From positions 1 to 38,945 of IMG/VR virus record IMGVR_UViG_3300030376_005405: a stretch of 38,945 nt of DNA, one strand, 5' to 3'. The position numbers were made by a program, and so were the translations under genes. The notes under the pieces were generated by a model. The model was not told the DNA's origin. It saw only the letters and a program-made list of their open reading frames with translations, and did not search any database. Source of the stretch: a virus. Lineage: Duplodnaviria > Caudoviricetes. Shown one piece after another: positions 27,541 to 36,301 of this stretch; within the stretch, counting starts at the first letter, position 1; each line of letters starts with the position of its first letter.

Positions 27541-27983
27541 GAATCTCCCTCCTCCTTTGAAGAGGGATACTCGGAGAGCAATGTGTTCAATGCGTCTTCA
27601 TCAGGCAGGACTTCAAGGATGACCGGATGGACCCACTTTGTTTCCACCCATCGTGTCCCCTCTCTCCTAGAATCTTTCAACATAGCACGCACCCTGAATC
27701 CAGTTACCTTCTTCGCTACATCGGCTAGCGAATTGATTGACCTTCTGTTGCCAGTCATATGTGCGACTACATAGATACAATCGCATAACAAACGAATAGG
27801 CGTTCTAGGGACACGCATGAGAAGCCTAGACCATAATTCAAATGATAGGATGGAAATGTCATGTGGCAACTTTAGTTTCTCACATATCTCTTCGGCCTTT
27901 TTCATATGAATGTCTTCAAAGTCTTCTTTACTATTCAATCGGAACAACTCCTTCTGTATCCTGATCATCCCATAGGTCATCAT
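27537..27983 (-). CDS. TFIIB/TFB-like single cyclin-fold protein
   Basis: EEICEKLKLPHDI...ELW...RTPIRLLCDCIYVVAHMTGNRRSINSLADV matches the TFB core repeat (C..L.Lp..i...A..iY.a.r..g.prsl.eia). The start may be ATG 27905. Confidence 0.65.
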   Translation of the reverse strand: MMTYGMIRIQKELFRLNSKEDFEDIHMKKAEEICEKLKLPHDISILSFELWSRLLMRVPRTPIRLLCDCIYVVAHMTGNRRSINSLADVAKKVTGFRVRAMLKDSRREGTRWVETKWVHPVILEVLPDEDALNTLLSEYPSSKEEGDS

Positions 27984-28236
27984 TAGCCAATGCTTCAGTC
28001 AAATGAGAATGCAATAGTTGAACCTCCTCCTTCGTGAGCATAACGCCCTGCTTAGTGTAACCAGTGTGTCCTGAAAAGTTAGGAACAATCCGGTATAACC
28101 TGATATTCATTATTCTAGTATTGAACCCTTTAGAGGTCATAGTGTGTATCTCCATGCCCATGTGACACCTAGCGTCAATTTTCCCGATTATCCTTGAGTC
28201 TAGGTGACTCCAATCGGTGGGCTTTGATTTACTCAC
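27931..28236 (-). CDS. PC4/Sub1-like (YdbC-like) ssDNA-binding transcription cofactor
   Basis: RIMNIRLY...GYTKQGVMLTKEEVQLL matches the PC4 pattern DIR.y...P.kKGI.L..ee...L. Confidence 0.7.
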   Translation of the reverse strand: MSKSKPTDWSHLDSRIIGKIDARCHMGMEIHTMTSKGFNTRIMNIRLYRIVPNFSGHTGYTKQGVMLTKEEVQLLHSHLTEALANDDLWDDQDTEGVVPIE

Positions 28237-28799
28237 TCTTCCTCCTCCTCTTCCGAGTTAGATGCAACAATTGCATCCTCCGCTAAACTCTTTTCAAACA
28301 ACTTCTTTTGCTTGATGTCGTATGCGGTTGAATCAACAACTACATGCAAACCACGCATGTCCTCGTCAACGGCTTCAATTTCACCACATAGGGGACATTG
28401 ACCCTCATCACTAATGCGGATATACTGGATTCCTGCCACTAACTCCTCGACTCTCAAGATTGCACCGCACCTCGCCTGACATAACGACACATTGCCGACA
28501 TCATCAGGATTGATTCGTATCTGTTGATTTTCCTCATCATAGGCCTCTTGTATCTGTTCAATTACATTCCATTGTAGTAACTCACCTAGGGCGACTATCC
28601 AGTCATGCCTATCAAACACCGATTGCCCAAATGCATCATCAGATGGTTTGCTATTGTGGATAATGCCTAACGCTAAGACATTCTGATCAACACGAACATA
28701 AACTCCAACATCCGGTAATGTCCATGTGCCTCCAATTGCTAAACCGTTCCATAGGCGATATGCCCATTCAATATCTTTCTGTGTTGGTTCAGGAATCAT
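28233..28799 (-). CDS. Hypothetical protein with zinc ribbon
   Basis: Start reassigned to ATG 28799 (SD GGAGGTG); CQARC...CPLC; acidic tail. Confidence 0.65.
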   Translation of the reverse strand: MIPEPTQKDIEWAYRLWNGLAIGGTWTLPDVGVYVRVDQNVLALGIIHNSKPSDDAFGQSVFDRHDWIVALGELLQWNVIEQIQEAYDEENQQIRINPDDVGNVSLCQARCGAILRVEELVAGIQYIRISDEGQCPLCGEIEAVDEDMRGLHVVVDSTAYDIKQKKLFEKSLAEDAIVASNSEEEEEE

Positions 28800-28950
28800 G
28801 GAACATCCACCTCCTGCATTGAGGGCATCTAACAACTGTTCTGACTTTGCGGTTGACTATATCCATTTTCTCACCATCTAGTAACATGTAATCGTTTGAA
28901 CAGTCGGGGCATTGAATCTTCACCTTTACGACTTTTTCAGGTTCAGCCAT
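28789..28950 (-). CDS. 53-aa zinc-ribbon microprotein (not in ORF track)
   Basis: Hand translation MAEPEKVVKVKIQCPDCSNDYMLLDGEKMDIVNRKVRTVVRCPQCRRWMFHDS; TAATG-coupled with SD GAGGT. Confidence 0.75.
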   Translation of the reverse strand: MAEPEKVVKVKIQCPDCSNDYMLLDGEKMDIVNRKVRTVVRCPQCRRWMFHDS

Positions 28951-29252
28951 TAGACCTCACCCAATTCTTCATCAGTCATCCGTCTAATCTTACGGGTTTT
29001 GAATATGTTGCGAAGTCCGCCCTGAACCATATCTCTTTCGTGAAGATAATGTTTTATCCATCCCTTCGCTGTTTTAATTGCGTCGTCAATGGCATCAAGT
29101 GCCTTGACTCTTTCAACGCCAGTCATTTCGCTATACTGTGCGTTACCTAGAAGCATTCCTCTATCCACTCTTAACTCGGTAATTATCTCATTCCATGCGG
29201 ATACGGCCATTCTATATCTTCTCTCGGCAACGAGTCCATTCCAATCTGACAT
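28950..29252 (-). CDS. Hypothetical helical protein, probably leaderless
   Basis: ATG 29252 (MSDWNG...) lies at the same distance from the promoter motif as the thermosome ATG; the track's TTG start falls inside the TATA box. Confidence 0.65.
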   Translation of the reverse strand: MSDWNGLVAERRYRMAVSAWNEIITELRVDRGMLLGNAQYSEMTGVERVKALDAIDDAIKTAKGWIKHYLHERDMVQGGLRNIFKTRKIRRMTDEELGEV

Positions 29253-29274
29253 AGCGAGGGCTATGGGGGTCTGC

Positions 29275-29289
29275 CTTTTCAAGGCTCAC
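29275..29289 (-). promoter_or_regulatory. Putative promoter GTGAGCC-TTGAAAAG
   Basis: Recurrent motif; 22 nt from the end of the box to ATG 29252. Confidence 0.7.
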
Positions 29290-29666
29290 ACCTTCATATC
29301 TTCGCCTGATGCCATTGTAGTTGATCGGGATGCTAGAGTTGCACGCCTAGCGTAATACCAACGCCAGCCCGGACTTTCAGGGCCAATGAAATACACATTG
29401 TCATCAGGTTCAATAGCGGGCATAACCCACTCAATTATCTCTTCAAGCGGAATCGTGGGGGTATATTCAACCTCCATTGTCCGGCCTTGATGTTTAACCA
29501 AAACAACACCCATGAAACCGGGGTCATTCAACCTTACACATGCTTCTCCATATACCAAAGCACCTGATGAATCGAACAGATATGAGGGGACACAATCTCC
29601 CTCATAATATGTCACGCCATCCAGCGGGTTTACCCAGCCTGTATCTTCAGGGTTGGTCATTCCCAA
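29286..29666 (-). CDS. Hypothetical protein
   Basis: 126-aa ORF in the tightly packed - strand operon; the start may be the second Met. Confidence 0.6.
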   Translation of the reverse strand: MGMTNPEDTGWVNPLDGVTYYEGDCVPSYLFDSSGALVYGEACVRLNDPGFMGVVLVKHQGRTMEVEYTPTIPLEEIIEWVMPAIEPDDNVYFIGPESPGWRWYYARRATLASRSTTMASGEDMKV

Positions 29667-30301
29667 TCCTCCAATTGATGTGCCGGGAAAGTTTTGCTAG
29701 AGTCTAGCCGTATTCCTCCTTCGGAGTCGTCAGGATTAGCACCACAGGCTTCGCACGGATGTGTTCCATCCAATGGGTCATCATCATGCTTCAATCGTGG
29801 ATGACCGCACCAGTTGCACGAGGGTCCATCCCACAATACATTAGCGGTCATGTCATAATCACCGTCATCTCCTCTCTTTGTGAAGTGCTTATCTAGGTCA
29901 ACTTCCTTTCTTGTAATCGGTATAACCTCCCAGTTGTTGTCTTCTAAACTGGCGATAAAATCAAGACATTCTTCAGGCTCAATTGCCATTGAAGACATAG
30001 GACTAATTGCCATGTCATAGATGACCCAACCTCTCCTGCCATCAGCAGTGATTACAGCCATCCCTCTTTTGTCTAGTATCTCGTTAGGCAGGTCGATGTA
30101 TGGCAATAGTGCAAATGGTGCTTTGTAATTCCATAGAGTAATCGATGAATGTTCTTCAGGGACTTCGATCCAATCAGGCCCTGTTTCCTCCAATATCTCC
30201 TCAATGGGAGTATCTTCGTCAATAACTATGATTGCACCGGCCCACTGTCGTAATACAACAAACATGGGCAATGCTGGTGCTTTTGGCATACCAACTGTCA
30301 C
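29657..30301 (-). CDS. Hypothetical acidic protein with C-terminal Cys/His cluster
   Basis: CNWCGH...H...HPCEAC; SD GGAGG upstream. Confidence 0.6.
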   Translation of the reverse strand: MTVGMPKAPALPMFVVLRQWAGAIIVIDEDTPIEEILEETGPDWIEVPEEHSSITLWNYKAPFALLPYIDLPNEILDKRGMAVITADGRRGWVIYDMAISPMSSMAIEPEECLDFIASLEDNNWEVIPITRKEVDLDKHFTKRGDDGDYDMTANVLWDGPSCNWCGHPRLKHDDDPLDGTHPCEACGANPDDSEGGIRLDSSKTFPAHQLEDWE

Positions 30302-30303
30302 AC

Positions 30304-30600
30304 TTAGACCTCCATTGTCATCAACTGTTCAGCGGCCATCTTTGCAGGCCCTGATATAATAATTGGATTATCATCCGCATCGCTTCTAGCAATCTCCCAT
30401 CGTGTCGTCTTAATCAATATACGGCCTTCAGGGGTGTCGGCATACCTGTTTGCGGGGGTCATCTTCATCCACGAAGGTGGGAAACCCAATACAGATACAG
30501 CGGCACGCCATACTAGAGATGAATGCTGACGGCTCTTTGGCCTATTCTTTGGAGTCCAAATGGTGGTGGAAGGGCCACGACCACGCCTAGTCTTTGACAT
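30304..30600 (-). CDS. Hypothetical basic protein
   Basis: 98 aa with SD-like GGGGGT upstream. Confidence 0.6.
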   Translation of the reverse strand: MSKTRRGRGPSTTIWTPKNRPKSRQHSSLVWRAAVSVLGFPPSWMKMTPANRYADTPEGRILIKTTRWEIARSDADDNPIIISGPAKMAAEQLMTMEV

Positions 30601-30898
30601 GTATTGACCCCCTATCTTGGCGCATAACGCCTATGATTCTGCCTTTGTTCACTTGATCCAATGTCCAAAGACCCATAGCATATTCTGTCATACCATTCCT
30701 CTTTCGTTCCTCGTCATTACAGTCAGCGCACCAATCGTTACGCTCTCCCGCCATGTCAGGGTGTTCAAAGCGAACCTTCATGCAATTCTCACACTTGGTA
30801 TCGCAGTTTGCGATGTCCTCTTCTGTAACACATAACATCTTCATTTTGACATATCCCAATGGAGGGAATGGCACTGGAAACTCTTTAACTTCAGGCAT
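30587..30898 (-). CDS. Zinc-finger protein
   Basis: CENC...WCADC; SD GGAGGAG upstream. Confidence 0.6.
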   Translation of the reverse strand: MPEVKEFPVPFPPLGYVKMKMLCVTEEDIANCDTKCENCMKVRFEHPDMAGERNDWCADCNDEERKRNGMTEYAMGLWTLDQVNKGRIIGVMRQDRGSIHVKD

Positions 30899-30900
30899 GA

Positions 30901-31320
30901 TTACTCCTCCTCCTCCTGCGTTGCCAATGCTGGCCCGTCAGTAGTATCAACCCATACGCCCTGTTTCTCTTCATCCCAGTCAGGGTTGTTCAACTCAATG
31001 AGAACATTACCTAGAACGGTTTGACCAATCACACTTGTTGCACGCTTATTCAATGGTAGCCTCTTTGGAATCCCATCTTCATCGCACCACAAACCCTTGA
31101 AGTTTTCATCGAAGCGACTGATGTCGTCTATGCTGAATTGTGGATGAGAGAATGCACCCATCCAAAGTAAGTCTTCAGTGTTACATGGATAGGTGGTATA
31201 GTATCCGCCGATCATGTCCTGCATCCACTTCATTTTCTCAAGTCCTTTTTCAGGCCCAATGATAGGATACAGTATAGCCTCGCTATCATCAGCAGAAATC
31301 CAAATCCATTCTGTCCTCAT
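30901..31320 (-). CDS. DUF3846-like protein
   Basis: L..MQDMIGGY...LWCDEDG..KRLPLNKRAT...VLGNVLI is the DUF3846 signature. Confidence 0.75.
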   Translation of the reverse strand: MRTEWIWISADDSEAILYPIIGPEKGLEKMKWMQDMIGGYYTTYPCNTEDLLWMGAFSHPQFSIDDISRFDENFKGLWCDEDGIPKRLPLNKRATSVIGQTVLGNVLIELNNPDWDEEKQGVWVDTTDGPALATQEEEE

Positions 31321-32264
31321 TCAAACACCACCTGCCCTAACGCTTCTTCAATGTCTTTACGCAGGTCTTTAGATATGTTGCTAGATTCCATGTCCATAGC
31401 CAATGTTTCAGCCAAAACATCCCATGCGGCTGATGGCATCTTGATTGTAATCATATCCGTAGCAACCTCTCCTGTGTCCTCAATAGGCTCAAAAGCACCA
31501 TGCTTAGGGTCTATCCCTATGAAGACCCCCCATGCGTCTAGTTGTTTGATGGTGGCATAACCTAGGTCATACAGCATTAATGCTGAACGCTTTGCTAGGT
31601 CATAGTCCTCTTCATCATAGTCTTCGACATCACATTCCATATTCCACATTGAACAGTAATGCAATAGGTTCTCTTGATCGTATTCAGACATATCCTTGAT
31701 ACCTCTTTTCTGAATCAACTCAATACATGCATGTGCATAGTCGGCAAAGTGAATAGTGCCTGCTGGTCTATCCTCATAGCGATACCATTCACCCCACGAT
31801 TCAATACCCGAATCGCCCCAAATAATATCTTTGGCCTGCCATTCTTTGAGGTCGTTTACACTGTCACTGAATCCAATCCAATCGCCAAACTCCTTTCGGC
31901 AATCAGCATGTGGTTGTAAAGACTCAACGAGTCTGCCACACAACTCCTCTAGTAATACCTGATAGACCAACTCTCGTGAATTGTAATCAGACTTCTCAAA
32001 GTCATCGATAGAGCGGACAACTTCTGTTGACCATCTAAACTCATCCTTATGCATCTCACAGTAACCATGTTCCCATGCATTGTCAGCGGTCAATGGATGT
32101 CCTTCAACACAGGTGTATTCATGCTTCTCAATGTCGTGTTCACAGAAGAAGCCATCCCAATGACGCTTTGCATCTCTTTCATTTGAGAAGATATAGCGAG
32201 CCGTTGGAATACCGCCATGATATTCAGATACAACCCAAACTACTGGATACCTAGTCATGATCAT
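31317..32264 (-). CDS. Hypothetical highly acidic protein
   Basis: 315 aa, D/E- and aromatic-rich; ATGA-coupled. Confidence 0.65.
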   Translation of the reverse strand: MIMTRYPVVWVVSEYHGGIPTARYIFSNERDAKRHWDGFFCEHDIEKHEYTCVEGHPLTADNAWEHGYCEMHKDEFRWSTEVVRSIDDFEKSDYNSRELVYQVLLEELCGRLVESLQPHADCRKEFGDWIGFSDSVNDLKEWQAKDIIWGDSGIESWGEWYRYEDRPAGTIHFADYAHACIELIQKRGIKDMSEYDQENLLHYCSMWNMECDVEDYDEEDYDLAKRSALMLYDLGYATIKQLDAWGVFIGIDPKHGAFEPIEDTGEVATDMITIKMPSAAWDVLAETLAMDMESSNISKDLRKDIEEALGQVVFE

Positions 32265-32539
32265 TCCTCCTCCTTTATTGTGATGACAGTCTTATCATGC
32301 CAGCCCAATGCACTAGCAATAGCCCCGTATGATTCAGCAACTGCGATAGGCCTAGTATCACCTTGAGCCATTACGAAGGTTCCCTCACTAGCATCTAAGG
32401 TTCTAGGGGAGATATGAATAATCGCCTTCTTCTTGATGTATATCGGCAATCCGGCATTACCATTGATTTGAGTCAACTTGACCCAGTGAGTATAGTCCTT
32501 GATACGAAGGACAGCAGGTAGTTTAGTGCGGTCCACCAT
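32261..32539 (-). CDS. Hypothetical protein (FlbD-like beta motif)
   Basis: WVKLTQING..PIYI....I..I...GTFV......IAVAESY..I resembles small FlbD-like phage proteins. Confidence 0.55.
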   Translation of the reverse strand: MVDRTKLPAVLRIKDYTHWVKLTQINGNAGLPIYIKKKAIIHISPRTLDASEGTFVMAQGDTRPIAVAESYGAIASALGWHDKTVITIKEEE

Positions 32540-34236
32540 CAGTAACCACCTCCTAGCCCTAGAAAGTCCATAGCAGGGTCATCGTCTGTGCCAATGTCTA
32601 TGCTGGCAGGACCAGTGATAGGAACAGATGTTTCTTCATCCTCTTGTTCAACTGGTGGGTTTCGCAATGATTCGATGTAATACCCTTCGCCCTTGTATTC
32701 TAGGGCGGCGTAGTGACATAGGCACTTTTCAGAACAGAACCTGCGTGCGCCCACTGGGAGGTCTTCGTAAACAAACTTATGCGGCTTGTCGCAATTAGCA
32801 CAGCCAGTGTGCGGTATAACAAGAACAGGCTCATCGATCACAGGGTCTTCAATAACTACGATACCCTCATCGTGTGGAATCCAAGGCTCGGCATCTGAAA
32901 TGATTTCATCAAACTCATTCTTGATGGCTTTGACTTCTTCAGGGTCGTTAGTCCACATAGACATACCGCCCACTTCATTGTTGATATGAGGCTCGTGTGT
33001 AACTGCAACTACTGAATCGCCACTAGGTTTGAATGGAGTATCTTCTAACTCTTGACTGATTACATCAGGCAATGGCATACCAACTAGCATCTCTAGCCCT
33101 GAACCAGTCAGGAGATAGCGTGTGCTTCGCCTGACACCTTCTTTAGCAACTAGGCCATGCTTGACAAGTTTGTCTAGGCATTTGCGTGCTAGGTCTAATT
33201 TGTCCTCTAGGATAGTTTCAGACAGCGACTTCTTGATTCGACCCCATGTTGGACCAACCTGTCCGTCAGGGGCATCGTTATCCTCATCAGCATTGTTGAT
33301 TGCCTCGATAATTAGATTCTCCATGTGTTCAGCATAACCTGTAACGCCTAGAGATACTTCGATGACGATTTGATCATTGTCAGATTCCACAGTGTCTGCC
33401 ACTGCAACAATAGGTGTGGGTTCCTCCTCCAATGTAACCGGCACAGGTGCTTCGGGATGGGATGCCTCAACAACAGGAATGACTACCTCCTGTGCCACAG
33501 GAATATCAGGTGTGTTATCCTGTGTGGCTGTTACATTGGGATTAGGAACAAGGGTGTTTAGGACAGCCTCTTTACGGGCGTTCTCCTGCATCTCCTGCAT
33601 TAATGCTAGTGTTTCTTCAGCATTCTCTTGTGGCTTCCATCCGCCACCTATCTCTTCAACATGGAAATCCATATTCAATTTAGGAGAGCCTGCTGACTTA
33701 CCTTGGAAGTGCCTCTTCAATGATTCAACGATTTCAGCAACTTCGACAGCGTGCTTATGCGATGGCAAGTCTGCCTGCTTTACAGATTGTTTACCTGTAT
33801 CTTCATCAGTAGCCATTGCCATGTCAATCGCTTCATTGACTCTTTCAGCAAATGCAAATGCAACCGAGGGGTCGCCACTGAACGCTTCGATCAATGCATC
33901 AATCCAAACACCAGTAGCCCAATCTCTAGGAATGGAACAAGTGTTTCTCTTGTCGCTATATCCAACTGGTATTACTACGGCTGGCTTATCCTCATGAGAT
34001 GGCCTCATTGTAATGCGCTTGTCACCGATTCTAATCTGAATCACAGTGTCTTCAACATGTGCGATAGGATTCTTGTTGGTTTTACGCTCGTCTTCATCGA
34101 GGTAAACTCCATGTCTGCCCATCCACTCTTCTTGCATGATTGTTCCCAGCATTTTCAATGCAGGTCCCAACTCCGCTGGTATATCTTCTAGCCTTTCAGC
34201 ACTCTCTTTAATGTATTTCCGACTCATCATTCTCAC
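32539..34236 (-). CDS. Acidic multidomain protein with winged-helix and C-terminal TRASH/MYM-type zinc finger
   Basis: PTWGRIKKSL...ARKCLDKLVKHGLVAKEGVRRSTRYLL (wHTH) and CANC...RRFCSEKC. The start is probably ATG 34230 or 34227, after SD GGTGA. Confidence 0.7.
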   Translation of the reverse strand: MRMMSRKYIKESAERLEDIPAELGPALKMLGTIMQEEWMGRHGVYLDEDERKTNKNPIAHVEDTVIQIRIGDKRITMRPSHEDKPAVVIPVGYSDKRNTCSIPRDWATGVWIDALIEAFSGDPSVAFAFAERVNEAIDMAMATDEDTGKQSVKQADLPSHKHAVEVAEIVESLKRHFQGKSAGSPKLNMDFHVEEIGGGWKPQENAEETLALMQEMQENARKEAVLNTLVPNPNVTATQDNTPDIPVAQEVVIPVVEASHPEAPVPVTLEEEPTPIVAVADTVESDNDQIVIEVSLGVTGYAEHMENLIIEAINNADEDNDAPDGQVGPTWGRIKKSLSETILEDKLDLARKCLDKLVKHGLVAKEGVRRSTRYLLTGSGLEMLVGMPLPDVISQELEDTPFKPSGDSVVAVTHEPHINNEVGGMSMWTNDPEEVKAIKNEFDEIISDAEPWIPHDEGIVVIEDPVIDEPVLVIPHTGCANCDKPHKFVYEDLPVGARRFCSEKCLCHYAALEYKGEGYYIESLRNPPVEQEDEETSVPITGPASIDIGTDDDPAMDFLGLGGGY

Positions 34237-34269
34237 CTAATGACCCTCGTGGGGCTAGTCCGAGCGTGG

Positions 34270-34293
34270 CGGTCAGGGTATTTAATGGCTCAC
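34270..34293 (-). promoter_or_regulatory. Putative promoter GTGAGCCA-TTAAATAC-CCTGACCG
   Basis: Canonical TATA-like TTAAATA preceded by the shared GTGAGCC and followed by GACC. Confidence 0.7.
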
Positions 34294-35354
34294 ATATTGG
34301 ACCTAACCCAATTGTTGAACCAAATGTATCCTTTATTCACAGTGTTGCTGTAACTGATGTAACATCTCTCGTATTCAGATTCGTGGTCATAGCAATACTC
34401 AATCTCCTCAAGAACACTATTGATCAATTCAGGTAAACCTTCAGGCATTGGCGTATTGCCTTTCAAGATGTCAATAAGATGACCGGCCTCTTTTGGTTTA
34501 GCAATGATTTGAATCAACTCATCAGGATGACCATCAGTGATTTCATTATGAACCTCATCACTCCAATAACAATCGAAGTTGCCATTGATGTAATCAGTCA
34601 TGTGGGGTATCCATCCTGTTGGCATTCTAGGCTTCTTTGTTGGTTTGCCCTTCCATTCATACTTGAATAGACGCATGACCTTCTCATCACGGGCCTTGAC
34701 CTTCTGACAAATCATCCTCTCTATTTTCCTAGAGGGTGCGTATCCTTTGCCAACTGAATAGCCCATGTTGAATGGGTTTGTTTCTGATTCCTTCAGGCCC
34801 ATAATGGGTTTCATCAACTTCAGGAGTATCCTATTGAACACTAAATCGTGTGGCCTTCGTTTGCCATTGAGAATACTAGACTTGTATCGACTCAAGTGTA
34901 TTACATGTGTAATCTCATGCACTATCACTTCTATGAGCCTGCCTGCACCACCAGCCAATGGCACTGTTATACCGTAACTAGGCCCACCTCTAGCACTCTT
35001 AGCGGTTTTCCAATCCTTTGGTCGGCTGAATCTGATCGTGCCGTTCTTCATCTTTCTTTTACCAGTATAGTATTGGTCAGTCTTTGTCCACATGTCCGCT
35101 TCATCTATGCCGTAATTTTTGCGGCCACCCTCGCCTTCTCTCTTAGCAAACTCGTATGCCTCATGCACGATACGATACATCTTCGTCTTGTCCATTGTGC
35201 ATATCTTTCGTGCTAACTCCATCACATTCATTGCTGGTCCAACTCTAGGGTCAGGGCCTTCTCCTTTGTGAAAAGCCACCATCTCTTTGTATGTCCCAGT
35301 ATTCAGTGGGTATAGCCATTTTTCATCCTTAATCCATTTCTTCATTCTCATCAA
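34290..35354 (-). CDS. SprT-like zinc metalloprotease domain protein
   Basis: EVIVHEITH followed by RRPHDLVF (HExxH...H..F); basic N-terminal half, acidic C-terminal domain. Confidence 0.7.
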   Translation of the reverse strand: MMRMKKWIKDEKWLYPLNTGTYKEMVAFHKGEGPDPRVGPAMNVMELARKICTMDKTKMYRIVHEAYEFAKREGEGGRKNYGIDEADMWTKTDQYYTGKRKMKNGTIRFSRPKDWKTAKSARGGPSYGITVPLAGGAGRLIEVIVHEITHVIHLSRYKSSILNGKRRPHDLVFNRILLKLMKPIMGLKESETNPFNMGYSVGKGYAPSRKIERMICQKVKARDEKVMRLFKYEWKGKPTKKPRMPTGWIPHMTDYINGNFDCYWSDEVHNEITDGHPDELIQIIAKPKEAGHLIDILKGNTPMPEGLPELINSVLEEIEYCYDHESEYERCYISYSNTVNKGYIWFNNWVRSNM

Positions 35355-35392
35355 TCTCCTGTGGGCTTCATGGTCCCACTAATCTATACTAG

Positions 35393-35418
35393 CCGGTCAG
35401 TGTATATGAATGGTTCCC
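35393..35418 (-). promoter_or_regulatory. Putative promoter GGGAACCA-TTCATATA-CACTGACCG
   Basis: Shares CCATT.A.ATAC.CTGACCG with the element at 34270-34293. Confidence 0.55.
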
Positions 35419-35439
35419 CGCCTAATCGTGCCACTGCGA

Positions 35440-35600
35440 GCCATTTTGCCTATTTTTGGTCGATTTGAATCTTGATTTGCGGGATTACAATCTGTTCCTG
35501 AACATCATGGGCGGAGATAGTAAAATAAGACAAAGTTGTGATTTTTGAGATTTCCAAAAGTTTTCCGAGTTGTTCGGATAATTTTCCGAGTTTTAGAATA
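35440..35600. repeat. Non-coding region with ~10-bp phased T-tracts and a TTTTCCGAGTT direct repeat
   Basis: T-runs at about 35444, 35453, 35464, 35476 and 35542, 35551, 35561, 35582, 35591; TTTTCCGAGTT at 35561 and 35582 with an inverted TCGGA between them. Confidence 0.6.
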
Positions 35601-35615
35601 TCCACGCTTTAGATA

Positions 35616-36011
35616 ATGATGAATAATACAACATTGGAGATGAAAGATATGACAAGAAAAATAATTGATATGCAAAAAGAGCCTGAAGGGACACTTCTAG
35701 TGTTCAAGAACCTGATCGTTGAGATAGACGAAGAGGGTGGATTCAAACGGGTCGGTGGACTCCGTAGCGAAGCCGCTGAAGCAATTCAGCATACGGTTCG
35801 CCGGAAGATACTGACTCCAATCAAGCCTGAACCTGAACCTGAAAAGACCTTTGCTGAAGAGTTGAAGGAATTGCATTTGTCGATGATGAATCAGGAGGGG
35901 GGTCGCCCTTTAGCGGGGGTAATGACTCCTCAAGGGGATGTGATAACGGAGGAACAGTATCTGAAGGAGAAGAGGTTCATGGACAGGTGGTGGCACGGCA
36001 TTGGCTCGTGA
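35616..36011 (+). CDS. Hypothetical protein (isolated + strand gene)
   Basis: 131-aa ORF diverging from the non-coding region. Confidence 0.6.
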   Translation: MMNNTTLEMKDMTRKIIDMQKEPEGTLLVFKNLIVEIDEEGGFKRVGGLRSEAAEAIQHTVRRKILTPIKPEPEPEKTFAEELKELHLSMMNQEGGRPLAGVMTPQGDVITEEQYLKEKRFMDRWWHGIGS

Positions 36012-36064
36012 GATTTATGAGGTTCATATGGACTATGTTCTCGGTTGCTCGTGCAGTTTCATGA

Positions 36065-36301
36065 TCATTCCAAGGGGTGTTCAATGTCTTTATCCCCCAG
36101 CACCCAACGAAGTGTCTTAACCACTCCTTCTAACGCTTTGAAATTACGAGCATGATACATTCGCTTTTTTTTGGGTGATGACTTGATAGCACAGGCCGAC
36201 GCATGTTGGTTCTGAACCTTCTCGGCCTTGTCCAACATTTCCTCAATTTCGACCCAACTTCTCTCGTATGTAAAATCACCAGCGACTGGCATAGCAATCA
36301 C
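36065..36301 (-). CDS. Small helical hypothetical protein coupled to the thermosome gene
   Basis: 78 aa; ATGA overlap with the chaperonin stop; ends KALEGVVKTLRWVLGD. Confidence 0.7.
   Translation of the reverse strand: MIAMPVAGDFTYERSWVEIEEMLDKAEKVQNQHASACAIKSSPKKKRMYHARNFKALEGVVKTLRWVLGDKDIEHPLE

Noticed and set aside
19217-32275. Many proteins ending in poly-Glu (EEEE) as a shared degron or signal
   Set aside because: Explained by GAGGAG codons doubling as the Shine-Dalgarno site of the next coupled gene.
33377-34191. + strand ORFs of 206 and 146 aa (also 18282-18782 and 16588-17007)
   Set aside because: Antisense to well-supported genes; their composition mirrors the coding strand.
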